Assembly: GCA_028534125.1 (NCBI GenBank)
Contig: CM052817.1
Span: forward strand, 1,490,001 to 1,554,000
DNA length: 64,000 nt
Direction: 5' to 3'
Origin: Lama glama
Lineage: Eukaryota
In this document: positions 1 to 12,556 of the stretch, piece after piece
Layout: every line of letters begins with the position of its first letter
Position numbering within the stretch: the stretch's first letter is position 1
Notes under the pieces: model-generated
The model's database searches: none
What the model was told of the DNA's origin: nothing
The model's input: only the letters and a program-made list of their open reading frames with translations
Made by a program: the position numbers and the translations under genes

Positions 1-1532
1 GCAGCTAGCAGCAGAGCCACTCAGAAGCAAAGGAGCAGAACGCCGCCCTCCCCTCTGCTACCTGCACACATGACAGCCCATTTTTAGCAGTTTGCTGTTC
101 AGGTGGGAGAGGAAGTAGGAGCCAGGAGGGGAGAGTGGTGCACGGGGACCAGCTGCAGCGCCTTCTCCGGTACTGGGTGTGAGATCTCGAAGCCAAACCG
201 CATCACCAGTGTGTAAAACGCCCTTGGGGTGTGCTGCTCAGGTCCCGTGGAGGACCCTGAATGGCGTTTGACCCTGGGCTCTGCCCCAGATTCATTGTGA
301 ACCTCAGCCAAGCCTTTCCCCCTGTCCTGGACCTTAGTCCCCCACTTATGAAATGACAGAATCAGATTAGATGATGTTTTACTTTTATTTGAGCCTTTTG
401 TATTTTATAATTCTAATACAGTTTTTTCATGTGTTGTTACTAAAAAGCAGAAGAACTACAGTAAATACTCCTTGTGTTGTGAATTGGGCTGTACTGAGCT
501 AGTTAATGGGTCCCCTATAGAGACAATCCCTTGGCAGTGAAGTGTGGTTAATTGAGGATACAGAGGTAAAGGGAGAGGTGGAGAGCTCTGATTGCCTGGG
601 ATGTCAGGTCATCGGTTCTCTGTGAAGGAGGGACCCTCAGAAAAAAGTAGAAGACTAGACACCAGCCTCTCTCCCTGGCTAACTCTTGTCACCGGGGCCC
701 AAGCTGATGGTAGAAGAAACCCGATGAGGCATTCTTGCTTCAAAAGGACAAGGAATGTGCGATGCCTTCTCAGGAAGAGAGGCGTGAGAGCCCGCACTGG
801 CCTGGCGACGAGGCTGGGAGGGCCGCAGGAGCACTGCTACTCCTGAGTCCAGGGCAGGGCCGTTGCGGAGGGCAGGGGGTCTGAGGCTGCTTCGTGGGAA
901 CCTTTGTGCAGCCTGGAGGCTTGTCTGAAGGCAGCCTCCCTCCCTCCCTGCACCCGGCGATTCCTCCTGCAGGGCTTGGTGCGCCAGCTGGGGAGGACTC
1001 TGGCTCATCCCTGACTTTCCGTCGTGTTTTGTCAGTGTAAGCTTCTGGTGGTGTGAAGGATGTGTGGTCTTCTTCGGATGATTTCAGAACGGTGTTGTAA
1101 CTAAAATGTTAGTTCGGGTGAGGAGAAGAGAAGGTAAACGATCATGCCCTGAACGCTGTGCTGAGCGCTGCGCTGAGAAATGTAGAGCCTGTAACCTCGT
1201 TGCTGCTCACAGTCTCTCTAAGAAATAATGGTGTTACCTGCGTTTACAGATGAGAAGAGACACTGGAGTATGTATTGGCTGCCCCCAGGCCCCTCAGTCA
1301 GGGAGGCTGGCCAGGATTTGTACCGGGGGTATCCATGTCCTGCCTTCCTGGGGACCCTGTGTGGTCTTTCTTACTTTACATCATAGGCATGATAGATGTG
1401 AATGCAATGCTAGGTTCAGAAATGCCTCCTTCATTTCTCTGACTGAGCTATGACTCAGGATGTAAAGGCCTCAGGACAAGTCCTCAGCAGAGGGTGAGAC
1501 TGAGACTTCGCTCAGACCAGGACCCCCTGTGT

Positions 1533-1680
1533 GGGGGCAGGTGGGGCTCAGGTAGGGTGCGCGCTTAGCAGGCACGGAGTCTTGGGTTCAACCCCCAGTA
1601 CGTTTGTTTAATTAGCTAATTAATAAACCGAATTAGCCCCCTCCCAGCCACCCCCCAAAAAGCCCAGACAAACAAAAAAG
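1533..1680 (+). mobile_element. tRNA-derived SINE, Vic-1-like (camelid), diverged
   Basis: A-box/B-box-like head (gctcaggtag...gggttcaacccccag), A-rich tail; similar to copies at 4942 and 55426. Confidence 0.65.
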
Positions 1681-1929
1681 AAGTCCTTTGGGAACAGTAA
1701 CTTCTTGTTTTATCTGTTGCCTGAAGTCACACATTTATTTAGGAATATAATACACAGTATTATCACTGCTAGTTGATAAAAATGGGGTGTATGTAAAAAT
1801 AACAATATGTGTGTTTTCTCCAAAAAGAAAATACAGTCCTTACTTAAAAAGTAAAGCTGAAATTGAATTTCTTTGAAAGTGCATGTCCTTATACTTATAA
1901 GTGTTTGCATTAAAAATAAGAAAGATGTC

Positions 1930-4162
1930 AAACCAAAAACCTAACTTTGCAACTTATAGCACTAGGGAGTAGGGGAGCTAAACTAAATCCAAAGCTAGCA
2001 GAAGGAGGAAATAATAAAGATCAGAGCAGAGAGAAACAAAAATAGAGAACAGAAAACAGGATAATCAGTGAAACCAGAAATTGGCTCTTTGAGAAGATTA
2101 GCAGAATGAATGTGATGAACAGAATAACAGCTTATGAATAAAGTAAGAAAAAAAAAAGACTGAAATTACTAAAATCAGAATGAAGTAACGACATTATTAC
2201 CAGTTCTACAGAAATAAAAAGGATTACAAGAGAGTACTGTGAACAATTGCACACCAACAGACTGGATAACCTAGATGAAGTGGACAAATTCCTAGAAACA
2301 TACAACCTAATAAGACTAAATTATGAAGAAACAAATTCCAAATAGGCCCATAACTAGAAAGGAGACTAAGTCAGTATTCAAAAATCTCCCAGCAAATGAG
2401 AGTTCGGGACCCAGTGGTTCAGAGGTGAATTCTAACAAACATTTAAAGAAGACTTAGTACCCATCCTTCTCCAACTTTTCTAGGAAATTGAAGAGGAGGA
2501 CACGTCCTCATTCTTTGAGGCCCTGGATACTAAAGCCAGACCAAGACACTACAAGAAAACTACAGACCAATGTCCTTTGTGAATATCGATGCAAGAATCC
2601 TTAACAAAATAGTAGCGAGCAGAAATTCAGCATATTTAAAGGATGTTACACTGTGGCCAATTAGGAATATTCCAGGAATGCAAAGATGGATCAACATACG
2701 AAAATCACTGTAGTATGCCACATCAACAAAAAGGGAAAACCACACAATCACCCCAGTTTACGCAGAAAAAGTGACAAAATACAACACCTTTCATGACTAC
2801 AAACACTCAACAGATGGGAGTAGAAGGAAACTGCCTCCACATAGTAAAAGCCACAGATACAGGAGCCCGCAGCAGACGCCATCCTCAGCTGTCCAAGACT
2901 AGGGACGGGCAGGGATGCCCGCTTCCACAGCTTCTGTTCAGCACAGGGCTGGGAACTCTAGCCAGAGCACTTAGGCAAGAAAAAGAAATGAAAGGCGTTT
3001 AAATGGGAGAAGAAGAGTACAGTTGTCTCCGTTTGCAGATGATGTGATCTTATATGTGGAAAATTCTAAACATTCTGCCAAAAAGCTGTTAGAATGAATA
3101 AGTGAATTCAGCAAAGTAGCAGGATACAGAGTCCACACACAAAAATTAATTGCATGTGTACATACAAGCAGTGAACAGTCTGAAAAGGAAATTATGAAAA
3201 CAGTTTTATTTACAATGGCATTGAAAAGAGTAAAATGACTTAGGGATTAATTTACTCGAGGAGGTAGAAGACTGCAGAACATTCAGTTCAGTGAGAACAG
3301 CAGAACATTGCTGAAAGGAGGTAAAGAGGACATAAGTAAATGGAAACACGTCCTGTGTTCCTGGATTGGACAGCTTAATATTATGAAAATGTTGCCATTA
3401 CCCAAGGTGGTAGTTTAGATTCAGTGCAGTCTTGATCAGAATCCCAAAGATGTTTTTTGCAGGAGTAGATAAATACACTCCGAAATTTGTATGGAATCTC
3501 TGACCCAGAATAGCCAGAAAAATGCTAAAAAAAAAGAACAAAACTGGAGGACTCACACTTCCTGCTTTCAAAACTTACAGCAAAGCCGCCGTAATCAAAA
3601 CAGTATGGTGCTGGCTTACAGACAGACATCCAGACCAGTGGAATAGAACACAGAGCCCAGAAATAAACCCTCACATGTAGGTCAGATGAGTTTCGACAAG
3701 GGTGCCAAGATCCTTCAATGGGGGAAGGGCAGTCTTTTCCGCAAGTGGTGCTGGGAAAACTGGACATCCACATGTGAAAGAGTGAAGCTGGACCCTTACC
3801 TAATACCACACACAGAAATTTACTCAGAATGGATTGAAGACCTAAAAACATGGAAGACCCTTGAAATAAGGGAAATAAGTGAAAATAAGGCAGACAAAGA
3901 AGGACAAATACTGTTAGGACTCCACTCACACAAGGCACTGAGAGCGGGCAGAGCCAGAGACAGCATGGTGGTGGTGCCAGGGCTGAGGGAGGGGGAATGG
4001 GGTTGCTGTCCAGTGGGGACAGTGTCAGTTTCACAAGATGAAGAGTTACGGGGAGGGATGGTGGCGACGGCTGCGCAACAGTGGGAGTGTGTTTAATGCC
4101 ACTGAAGTGGCTAAGGTGGTATATCTTGTCTTACGTATATTTTACCACAACAAGAAAATAAA
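1930..4162 (+). mobile_element. LINE-1 fragment (ORF2 RT/C-terminal region plus 3' UTR), decayed with internal deletions
   Basis: L1 ORF2 peptides ([48 protein letters not shown]) with stops and frameshifts; L1M-type 3' end. Confidence 0.9.
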
Positions 4163-4941
4163 AGGGCATTTTCTGTCTTTCTTTTCGCCATGGAAAATGA
4201 TCCTCTTCACTAAAGCAACCAAAAGATAACATTCGTACTTTCATCCACCTATCGAGAAATCACAGTGCCATTAATACAGGTTAGGGAAATGGAACAATTT
4301 TAGCACCAGTCATTCTAGAATCCTTGGAATGGGTATCAGTCCCTTTAATCAAGTGGCATTTTAGAAATCACATAATAATTCAAGATTTCAAAATGTCGAA
4401 CGCCTGCAGGATAGCCAGCATTCACAAGTAGGTGTAGGCATAGGGAGACAGGTGGTGCCCTTGAAATCAGTTGTTTCAACTTGCTTTTAAGATCTATCCT
4501 TTGTGCGCTGTTTGACGCATACACAGCCTGCAGGTGAACACCTGCTCCACAAAATCTGTCCCGGAGGGCGCAGAGAGGGTCAGGAGGATGTTTGTGTTGG
4601 CGTTATTTGTCAGACAACTCTGCACTGAGCTCTGGAGTGAGATGAAGAAATGACTACCCTTCTATTTAGCTTATTTTAAATCATTTTTAAAATTTGCAGT
4701 AGTAATAGCTACTTGTAAAAGAAAGCATTTTTTAAGAAAAACTGCAGACATATGTAAAGAGAGAATTAGCACCATGTTGTATCTTCCCATACAAACCTGT
4801 GGCATATGTCTCTGTTTGAGGTTGTCCCTTTATCCTAGATTATGGTTTTATGGTTTGTACATTTCTTACTGAGTTTATACGTAGGTGTTTTATAGTTTTA
4901 TGGGCTGTTAGAGTGGCCTCTTAAATGACAGAATGAAGTTT

Positions 4942-5066
4942 CTTTTTTTGAGGGGGGAGAAGTAATTCGATTTATTTATTTACTTTGGGGGGAGGCACTG
5001 GGGACTGAACCCAGGACCGTGTGCAAGCTAAGCATGTGCTCTACCATTGAGCTATACCCTCCCCCC
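4942..5066 (-). mobile_element. tRNA-derived SINE, Vic-1-like (camelid)
   Basis: reverse complement reads GGGGAGGGTATAGCTCAATGGTAGAGCAC...GTCCTGGGTTCAGTCCCCAG...TAAATAAATAAAT...poly-A. Confidence 0.8.
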
Positions 5067-5079
5067 AACAGAAAAAATC

Positions 5080-5960
5080 TTCTAAAGAGCTATTGCTGGT
5101 GTATGTAGGGAGGCTGAGTTTTACTTTGTGTCCAGTCGTCTCACCAAACTCCCTTATTAACTCTTAACAGTTTTGGAATTGATTGCTGTGATAATCTTCT
5201 ACGAATAATAGTAGTTTTGCTTTATCCTCTCCAGCACTTGACCTTTGTGTCATCTGTCTGTCTGGGGTTTTGACGTTAGCTAGAGTCCTCAAAGCGCCGT
5301 CAAGGGTGTTGCTGGCAGCACCCTTGTTCAGCTCCTGGCTGCTCTGGGGTGCTTCAGACGTTTCACATCAAGTCTGATGCTTACCAGACAAATTTTTGAT
5401 ACTTTTTAGCAAATTAAGTAAATTTCCCCCTTTTTAATAGCTTATTAAAAGGTTATTGTTTTTGTTTTTTGAAAAAAAAAAAAACCAGAATTAGACATTG
5501 AATTTGTATGGTTTCTTCTTCCTGTATTTCTTCGTGAATTAGATTAGGCTTCCTAATTTTGAGACACCCTTGGCGTTCCCTGGAATTAAACCCTACTAGA
5601 TTGTGATGCATTATCCTTCAAGCCGTTGTTGGATTCAGTCAGCTGGTATTTTACTTAGGATTTTTATATCTGTATTCTGAGGTATAGTGAGTTTTCACCT
5701 CTAAGGTATTGTCTGTTTTGTATAAAGGTTATCCTAGTCTCATAGAATGAATTGAGAAGCTTTCCGTGTTTTTTCAGCTTTCAGGAATAGTTCACATTTC
5801 CTGTTCTGTAAAGGACCTGACAGAACGCACTGTCAGGCTTTTGGGCCTGATTCGCGTTCGCGTGGAGGAGGAGGGGCAAGGACTGTGTGTCTTTGACTGC
5901 CTTTTCAGCTTGCATTACGTTTATGAGCCTGTTTTGGGTTTTCTACTATTGAGTGAGTTT
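5080..5960 (-). mobile_element. old LINE-1 fragment
   Basis: antisense L1 ORF2-like stretches (ttgttggattcagtcagctggtattttacttaggatttttatatctgtattc; ctcatagaatgaattgagaag). Confidence 0.6.
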
Positions 5961-6976
5961 TTCAAATTGACATTTGCCTGGGTAGTGATCCACATCATTT
6001 AGATAAAGGCGGGTACAAGCTTGTGCTTACAGGGGAGCTGATGAAAATGGATGAAGTGATGGCTGCAGGAGAAGCCCCGCATCTGACTTCACACTTAGAG
6101 AGCGAACACTGTCTCCCAGAAGGAGGCTGGCAGTGCGCCTGGGTCTCAGTGCTGACATGTCCAGAGGAGCCCAAGTCTAGATTGTTAGGCGAAATGTCAG
6201 GAGCTTTCTGCTGTCGGCCCAGCTCCTGAAGCACATCGTGCAGGCAGCAGAGTCTCTGTGAGCCGCTTGTTGGCAGCCCTTCTTCAGACATGAAAAGCAT
6301 AAACTGCACACATGTGTTCCTTGTGGTTTAAAAAAAATCTCTTTCATGTGTGTTCGTGTCCTTTCTCATTCCTGCTCTTTTTGTGGTTCGGCCCGGGAAG
6401 GAAGAAGTTCAGAGAATCAACTTCCAGATTTATTGACATTCACTTCTTTGTTTCCCCAATAATTTCAGTCTTTGCCCTTAATTTCTTATTAGTTGATTTC
6501 TTGTTTCGTTTGGGCTTCTTACATTGAACATATACTTTTCAGTCTTTTTTTGTTCTGTTTTGTTCTCTCATAAACACCTCAAGTATACATTTTCTTTTCT
6601 ATCTTGGACACATCCAAAATTCGATTTTTTAAACGGACTATAATTTCAACTTAGATTTTGTCTCTAATACTTTGAACTATTAAGAAAATTTAAGTGCATG
6701 AATTTCATTTCGTTAAATTACTCTTGTTTTATTTCAGAGGGTTTATTGGTAATGTTAAAATTTGAAGATCTAGTTGACTTCGTCAGGTGATGCAGGAAGT
6801 AGGCAGCGTCCCCTCCGGGGCCGGAAGGCGGCCCCCTTTTGGTAGTATTTCCTGCCTGTAGGGCTGGATGTATGCCCCCTCCCTTTTTTTCCTTCTGATA
6901 ATTTGGAAGATAAATATCCTATTTTTATCCTTTTAGTGGTTACTCTTAAGTTTTTAATAATTATAAGAATACATTT

Positions 6977-7548
6977 TTCAGAAAGATACATGCACCCCAG
7001 TGTTCACAGCAGGCCTGTGTACATGGAAGCAACCTAAACGTCCACTGAGAGACGACTGGATAGAGAAGCTGTGGTGTGTATATACACACAATGGAACACT
7101 ACTCCGCCATAAAAAAGGATAAAATCACTCCATTTGCAGCCACATGGATGGACCTAGAGATTGTCATTCTAAGTGAAGTAAGCCAGAAACAGAAAGAAAA
7201 ATACCATATGATATCACTTATGTGTGGAATCTTAAAGACAAATGAACTTATTTGCAAAACAGAAACAGACTCACAGACATAGAAAAAAACTCATGGTTAC
7301 CAGGAGGGAAAGAGGGCAGGAAGGGATAAATTGGGAGTTGGAGATTTGCAGATACTAATATATATAAAATAGATAAACAAGTTTATACTGTGTAGCACAG
7401 GGAACTATACTCAATAAGTTACAGTGAAAAAGAATATGAAACGAATGTGTGTGTGTTCACGTGTGACTGAAGCCCTGCGCTGTGCACCAGAGATTGACGC
7501 CACGTTGTAAAGTGACTGTACTTCAATACAATGGATATATACCAAAAA
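6977..7548 (+). mobile_element. 5'-truncated LINE-1 3' end with target-site duplication
   Basis: ORF2 C-terminus-like YIHTMEHYSAIKK..FAATWMDLE; A tail; flanking AAGAATACATTT (6965-6976) and AAGAATGCATTT (7549-7560). Confidence 0.9.
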
Positions 7549-8146
7549 AAGAATGCATTTACGTGAACACCAAGATTACTCATTTCTTAGACTTCCCCCT
7601 CAAGTAAGGCAGTCCCTTGAACCCATTTTTAATTCCCTATTCCCCTCAATTCTTAAAACCTTTTGTCAGATCTGCACTGCTCAGTGTTGGCTGTCCTAAC
7701 CGTCTCTAAGCTTGCAGCTCAGCTGTGCTGAGTCCGCTCATGTTGTTGTCACACCGTTGAGCTCTGGAGCTTCTTGCGCCCTGTCTCTGGGGTTGCCCCC
7801 TCTCAGGGCTTCTGTGAAGGGGGAACTGGTCTACCTCCTGCCCGAGCCCTTGTCGTGCAGGCCCGTCCGCTCCACTCGCCGCGGTGACAGGCCCGTCTCT
7901 GACACGTCAGTTTGTCTGTTCAGCGCGAGCCGGTCTCGGCGCTCTCACCTGAGGAAGACACGTGTCTGCGATGGCTCTGAGCGAGGCAGGCACGCTGCCG
8001 AGACGGCCGTGGTGAGCGTGCCCGGCGCCGCAGCTTCTCCTGTCTGCAGATGCTGCTTGTGTGTCATTTTTAAACGTCTTGAAAATGTCCCAGGTGGCTC
8101 TTGCTGGTACTAAGGGGTTTTGTTTTTTACGTCCCCTGTTAATTAG

Positions 8147-8224
8147 ATGACACTGAAAACCAAACAGCGCGTGCTAACGGAAGACTGGGAGCTTTTTAAA
8201 CAGAGGCGATTCGTGGAAGATCAG
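8147..8224 (+). CDS. FAM193A: FAM193A internal coding exon (MTLKTKQRVLTEDWELFKQRRFVEDQ)
   Basis: aattag| acceptor and CAG|gtaagg donor; 78 nt, phase 0-0; peptide recognised as FAM193A. Confidence 0.93.
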
Positions 8225-9576
8225 GTAAGGCTGGGGGGCGTTCGGAGGGGTGGAGGCAGGTCACAGAGGAGTGAGTGGCTCTGGATTAGAGACCAGCATT
8301 TCAACACCGCATCGCACTTCTGCCTGTAAGACAGTGTTTCTAAACTTGTTTCCTGTCGCCTTCCTTGTCTTCTGTATTCCTTAAGGTGCGCCCCTGTTTA
8401 TGGAGTGACCCACTCAGCCCACAGCCACCCCCAAGTCCCCACAGTCTCCTTCCAGGCGGGTAGTGTCGTCTGCAGGTCACCCTCGTGGGGTGACACGCAG
8501 TGAAGTCACAGGGCTGGACTGGGCCCGCCCCTCTGTGCTGGGGGCCCTGCTTGCCCTTCCTCCAGCAGCCCCGTTCCCCTCTGCCTTGTGTGCTGGCCTC
8601 AGGGCACCTGACCTCCCTGGGGAACTCGCTTCCCTGGATTCCTGGGCATGAGCCGGCTTCTCTCCTGATTGGTCCCCTTGCCGGCTCCGCTCCCTCGGCC
8701 TTCCCAAGATGTCAGTGCCTCTGTCCTGAGACATGGCTCTCCCAGCCAGCACCGACCCACTGCCAGAGCTGGTCCAGAGGCTCGCCTGCTCCATTGGAAG
8801 TTGAGGTGCCGCTTCCTTGGGGCTCCCTTTCCCAGCCCTCCATCCCCTCCACTGGCCTCCCTTGCACCGCATTCCTTTCCACCTGTGCTGCGTTGTGTGC
8901 TGACCGTCCAGACTTCCGTGTGCCCTGTCCACACCATTGGCCTGGTGGGCACTGGACGCTGCGGCTCTGTGTGCCCAGCCCAGGCTGCTCCTTCCCCAGA
9001 CCCACTCCTGCTTAGTCCCGGGTGGACAGGCCACCTAGGGTCTTTTAAGGGGATGCCCAGCCCATGCTGTTCGCTGGCCTGGACGTGCTCCTTGCCTCTG
9101 ACAGAGTACCAGCCCCCTGGGCCTTGCTGAGGCCTGGCACGCCGAGCTGCTTTCTTGCCTCTCCAGCACCCAGAGCTGATCTCTGCCAGGGTGCCCCCCA
9201 TGCCTCCTTTCCCCTCAACCTTGGTTTTCTACCTGCCTCCTCTTCCAGAATCTCATGTCCTCAAGGGCAGTGATTGCCTGTGTGCTCCTGGGACCTAGCG
9301 AGTACCAGGTGTGCAGCAGGTTCAGGGTGAAGGCTGGGCGTCTGCTGCAAGGGGTGTCAGTGCATTAGCTGGTGAGGAAGCTGTTAGGGGTCACCGGTCC
9401 CTGGCCTGTGTCAGGACCCTTCTCAGCCCCACGGCTGCTGCCCTCTTGTCCTGGCCCTGTCCCACTTCAGGAAGCTGAGTGAGCACAACACGCTGCCACA
9501 GCTGCCGAGATCTAAGAACCTCGTCATGGAGGATGGGTCCCGCAAGGTTAACCTGTTGTTTCCCGATCTCCTCCAG

Positions 9577-9689
9577 TTAGCAAACAAAAAAGCCGCCCCT
9601 GGTGAGAACAGCTTCACGGACACTGTGAGGCACGTGCTGTCGTCGCGGCTGAGCATGCCCGACTGCCCCAACTGCAGCTACAGGAGGAG
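9577..9689 (+). CDS. FAM193A: FAM193A coding exon (LANKKAAPGENSF...MPDCPNCSYRR)
   Basis: ctccag| acceptor, AG|gtgagc donor; 113 nt, phase 0-2; frame continuous with neighbouring exons. Confidence 0.93.
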
Positions 9690-9800
9690 GTGAGCCTGGG
9701 TGTGCGCGCAGCGGGCCTGCGGGGCCTTCCTGGCCAGCGGAGGCCTGGCGCGGACCCTCCCTGTTGGCTGTCTCGGTAACTGTCCTCAATTCCTGATCAG

Positions 9801-10043
9801 GTGTGCTTGTGATGACTGCAGCCTGTCACACATCCTCACTTGTGGCATCGTGGATCCCCCCGTCCCTGGCGACATCCACATTCACCAGCTGCCACTCCAG
9901 GTGGACTCTGCCCCCGACCGTCTCTCTGAGATGCGCCCGCCGAGCGCGTCGTCGGCAAGCTCAGGGTCAGGCTCCAGCTCTCCGCTTGCAGCCCAGCAGC
10001 ACCCCAGACTTATCCTCACAGACAACGGCTCGGCACCGACTTT
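9801..10043 (+). CDS. FAM193A: FAM193A coding exon (CACDDCSLSHILTCG...DNGSAPT)
   Basis: gatcag| acceptor, TT|gtaagt donor; 243 nt, phase 2-2; lies within ORF 9700-10047. Confidence 0.94.
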
Positions 10044-12107
10044 GTAAGTCCCGACTTTGTGCTCAGGTTTCAGAAATTCACGGAACCCACTGATGAGACA
10101 CCTCGACGGGGGTGTCTGTGGACATGCGCATTACCACTGTAGTGCTTCTCAAGAAAAAGGACCCTTGTTTTTTTAAGCAGCTTTTAAAACATGAAGTCAG
10201 GAAACCCAAACTTGATGCTGTTTCATTACCTGCCAAAAAGAAGGTGAATTAACAAATGCCAGCCGGGAAGGTGGTGTTCAGAGCAGTGTCTCCTCGTCCC
10301 GCCTCCCTCGTCCTCGTAGCTGCAGGCAGTCAGCCCGAGCTCATCCCACTTCATCGTCCCTCCCACATCCACACCTGCTCCGCGTCTTGCTAAGCCTTCA
10401 GGTGGTCACTGTAGCAAGCGATGGACAGGTCCTGTTTTCCACGTCCCACATCCCCAGCAGGACACCGTGTGTGCGAGGTGGCCGTGCAGCTGCCACGCAT
10501 TCATGCTGTGTGGCGTGTCCGTGTCTTTGTGACCCTGTGGTTTGTTGAGGGTCTCAGCCCTGCCTTCTGGGTGGCTGCACGCCGAGGAACGTCTTGTGTA
10601 GGGAAACCTGAGTTTTCAGCCTGCACGTCGTAGGGCCCTGTGGATGCGACTGGCCCACCTGCTGTTCCCCGACCTTGGGCTGCTCCACGGTTCTCAGGTG
10701 CCGGCCGCTTCCATCCGTTTCACGTGGTGGCTCTGACGCTTTCCTTTCGAGTCTTTTAGTTCTCAGTGTCGATTGGGTCTCACACTCAGAGTAGTTCCAG
10801 GGGTTAGTCTGACCCCACAGCTCTTTGCATTGAGCTTAGACTGCTCTCAGGGCTCTCAGGAGCCTGTGCAGGGGTGTTGAGAGCGTCACAGCTGCCGCTG
10901 GTGCTTTTCACAGGACTGTATTAACACCGAGCAGATGTAGTCAAATGGAAGCTTATGCTAGGCCTTGGCACCTCGCGGTCTGTGTTTTCTGGGTATGAAC
11001 TGCCGTGACCTGAGGACCTCCCAGGCGGCCTCCGGTCTGCGTTCTCTCTTTCTCGGTGCCGACTTGGTTAAGTAGAGTCAGGCAGTCGTGGGCGATGGGC
11101 CGTGGATCTTGTGGGCTCTGGGATGTTGAGGCCTGCCTTCACATCAGGCACGTGGCCTAGTTACATCCTTCCTGCACCTCGGTTTCCTCCTCTGAATCAT
11201 GGTGATGGTGACACCCCAGGAGGCCCAAGCAGCCCTGGCCTGGCGAGCGCCCTCCTGCTTCCTACATGCTTCGTAGCGTGTAGACTTGTTTTCCTAGAAA
11301 CGGAGAAGACATCTGAGTTTGGAGATTCGCGACCCTCTCCCGTAAAGCCAAAAGAGCTCCAAATGTTAAGATTCTCCTTCTAGGGGGCCATTATTTGTCA
11401 AGGCTCCAGGCAGACTTGGAGGCATGTTTATGCAGAGCGTGGGGCGTCCGTTTGTGCTTTGAACTGTGTGCGCTAAGCCAGGAACCTGTGCCAGCTCGTC
11501 CCATGTGCCAGAAATCCATACACTGTACATGGCTTCCTTGGGCGATGGCAGGGCAGTCTTTCTGCTTCCCGTTGGTGTGTGTTCCGTTTGCCCACCACTT
11601 ACATGCTTTGCTAAAGCTGGTGCCTCGTTAAGGTCATGACCGACTTGACACTAAAAGCTCAAAAGCGTCTTGTGTTTCGTCACTAAGTGCCTTTAGTGCT
11701 TTGCTCAGCTGGCTGTGGCTGAAGTTGTGGTGGTTACAAACACGCTGAAGACCTAAGGCTGTTCTCCACACCCCTTTCGTTTTAATCAAAGATCGTGTCT
11801 TTTTAGAAATGGCAGAGAGAACAGCTGTACACCAAGCACTTCAAGTTGAATGGAAGTGTAATATCAATCAATCTGATCGAATTTTGTCATTTCCTTAATA
11901 TTTCTACTTCTGGAGTTTCTTTTCCATTCTTCCAACACACAAGTGGTGATCTTGCGGGCATTTTTCACTCGTGTTCAGGTTGTAAGAGGTGTTAAGACCA
12001 TGCGTGCTTCTCTGTGTACTTCTCCTTTGAGAGCAGCGTCAGCTGAGGGAGCTCGCTAGCTGTCCCCACGGGTGAGCGGCCTCACAGGGACTGTCTCTGT
12101 GTCTCAG

Positions 12108-12261
12108 TTGTAGTGACGATGAAGATGTCGCCCCGTTGTCCGCTAAGTTTGCCGACATCTATCCGTTGAGCAACTATGACGACACGGAGGTGGTGGCCAA
12201 CATGAATGGAATCCACAGCGAGCTGAACGGTGGCGGGGAAAACCTGGCGCTGAAAGAGGAG
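12108..12261 (+). CDS. FAM193A: FAM193A coding exon (CSDDEDVAPLSAKFADIYPL...ALKEE)
   Basis: tctcag| acceptor, GAG|gtacgg donor; 154 nt, phase 2-0. Confidence 0.94.
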
Positions 12262-12376
12262 GTACGGGCCTGGCCTCTTCAGGGTGGCGATAGTGGCATA
12301 AAACAGTGGTCTGGGGCTTCAGTTTTCTGTACCCTTCCGCTCTGAAAAGCGTAAATGACAAAGGGTGTCTTTAAAG

Positions 12377-12556
12377 TCCCCTCAGGTAAGCAGTACCAGC
12401 AGTAGCTCTTCAGAAGCTGACGATGAAGAGGCGGCCGGCGAGAGCAGTGGGGAGCCGCCAGGAGCCCCGAAGGAGGGCACGGCCCCAGGAAACGGGGGCC
12501 CCGGGAAAGAGGAAAGTAAAGTGGACAGTCCACCCCCATCTTACCCTGCCCAGCAG
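12377..12556 (+). CDS. FAM193A: FAM193A coding exon (SPQVSSTSSSSSEADDEE...PSYPAQQ)
   Basis: tttaaag| acceptor (weak; in-frame alternative 9 nt downstream), CAG|gtatgg donor; 180 nt, phase 0-0. Confidence 0.9.

Noticed and set aside
3686..4096. ORFs with reverse-transcriptase-associated peptides (also 2793-3002, 7076-7282, 55558-55767)
   Set aside because: Fragments of dead LINE-1 ORF2 with stops and frameshifts; not host genes or a novel RT system.
4942..5066. tRNA gene
   Set aside because: tRNA-like A/B boxes are followed by an AT-rich body and poly-A, and occur in three copies: a SINE, not a tRNA.
8147..8149. ATG at the start of the first visible FAM193A exon as translation start
   Set aside because: It directly follows a splice acceptor AG, and the peptide is internal in FAM193A; upstream exons lie outside the window.
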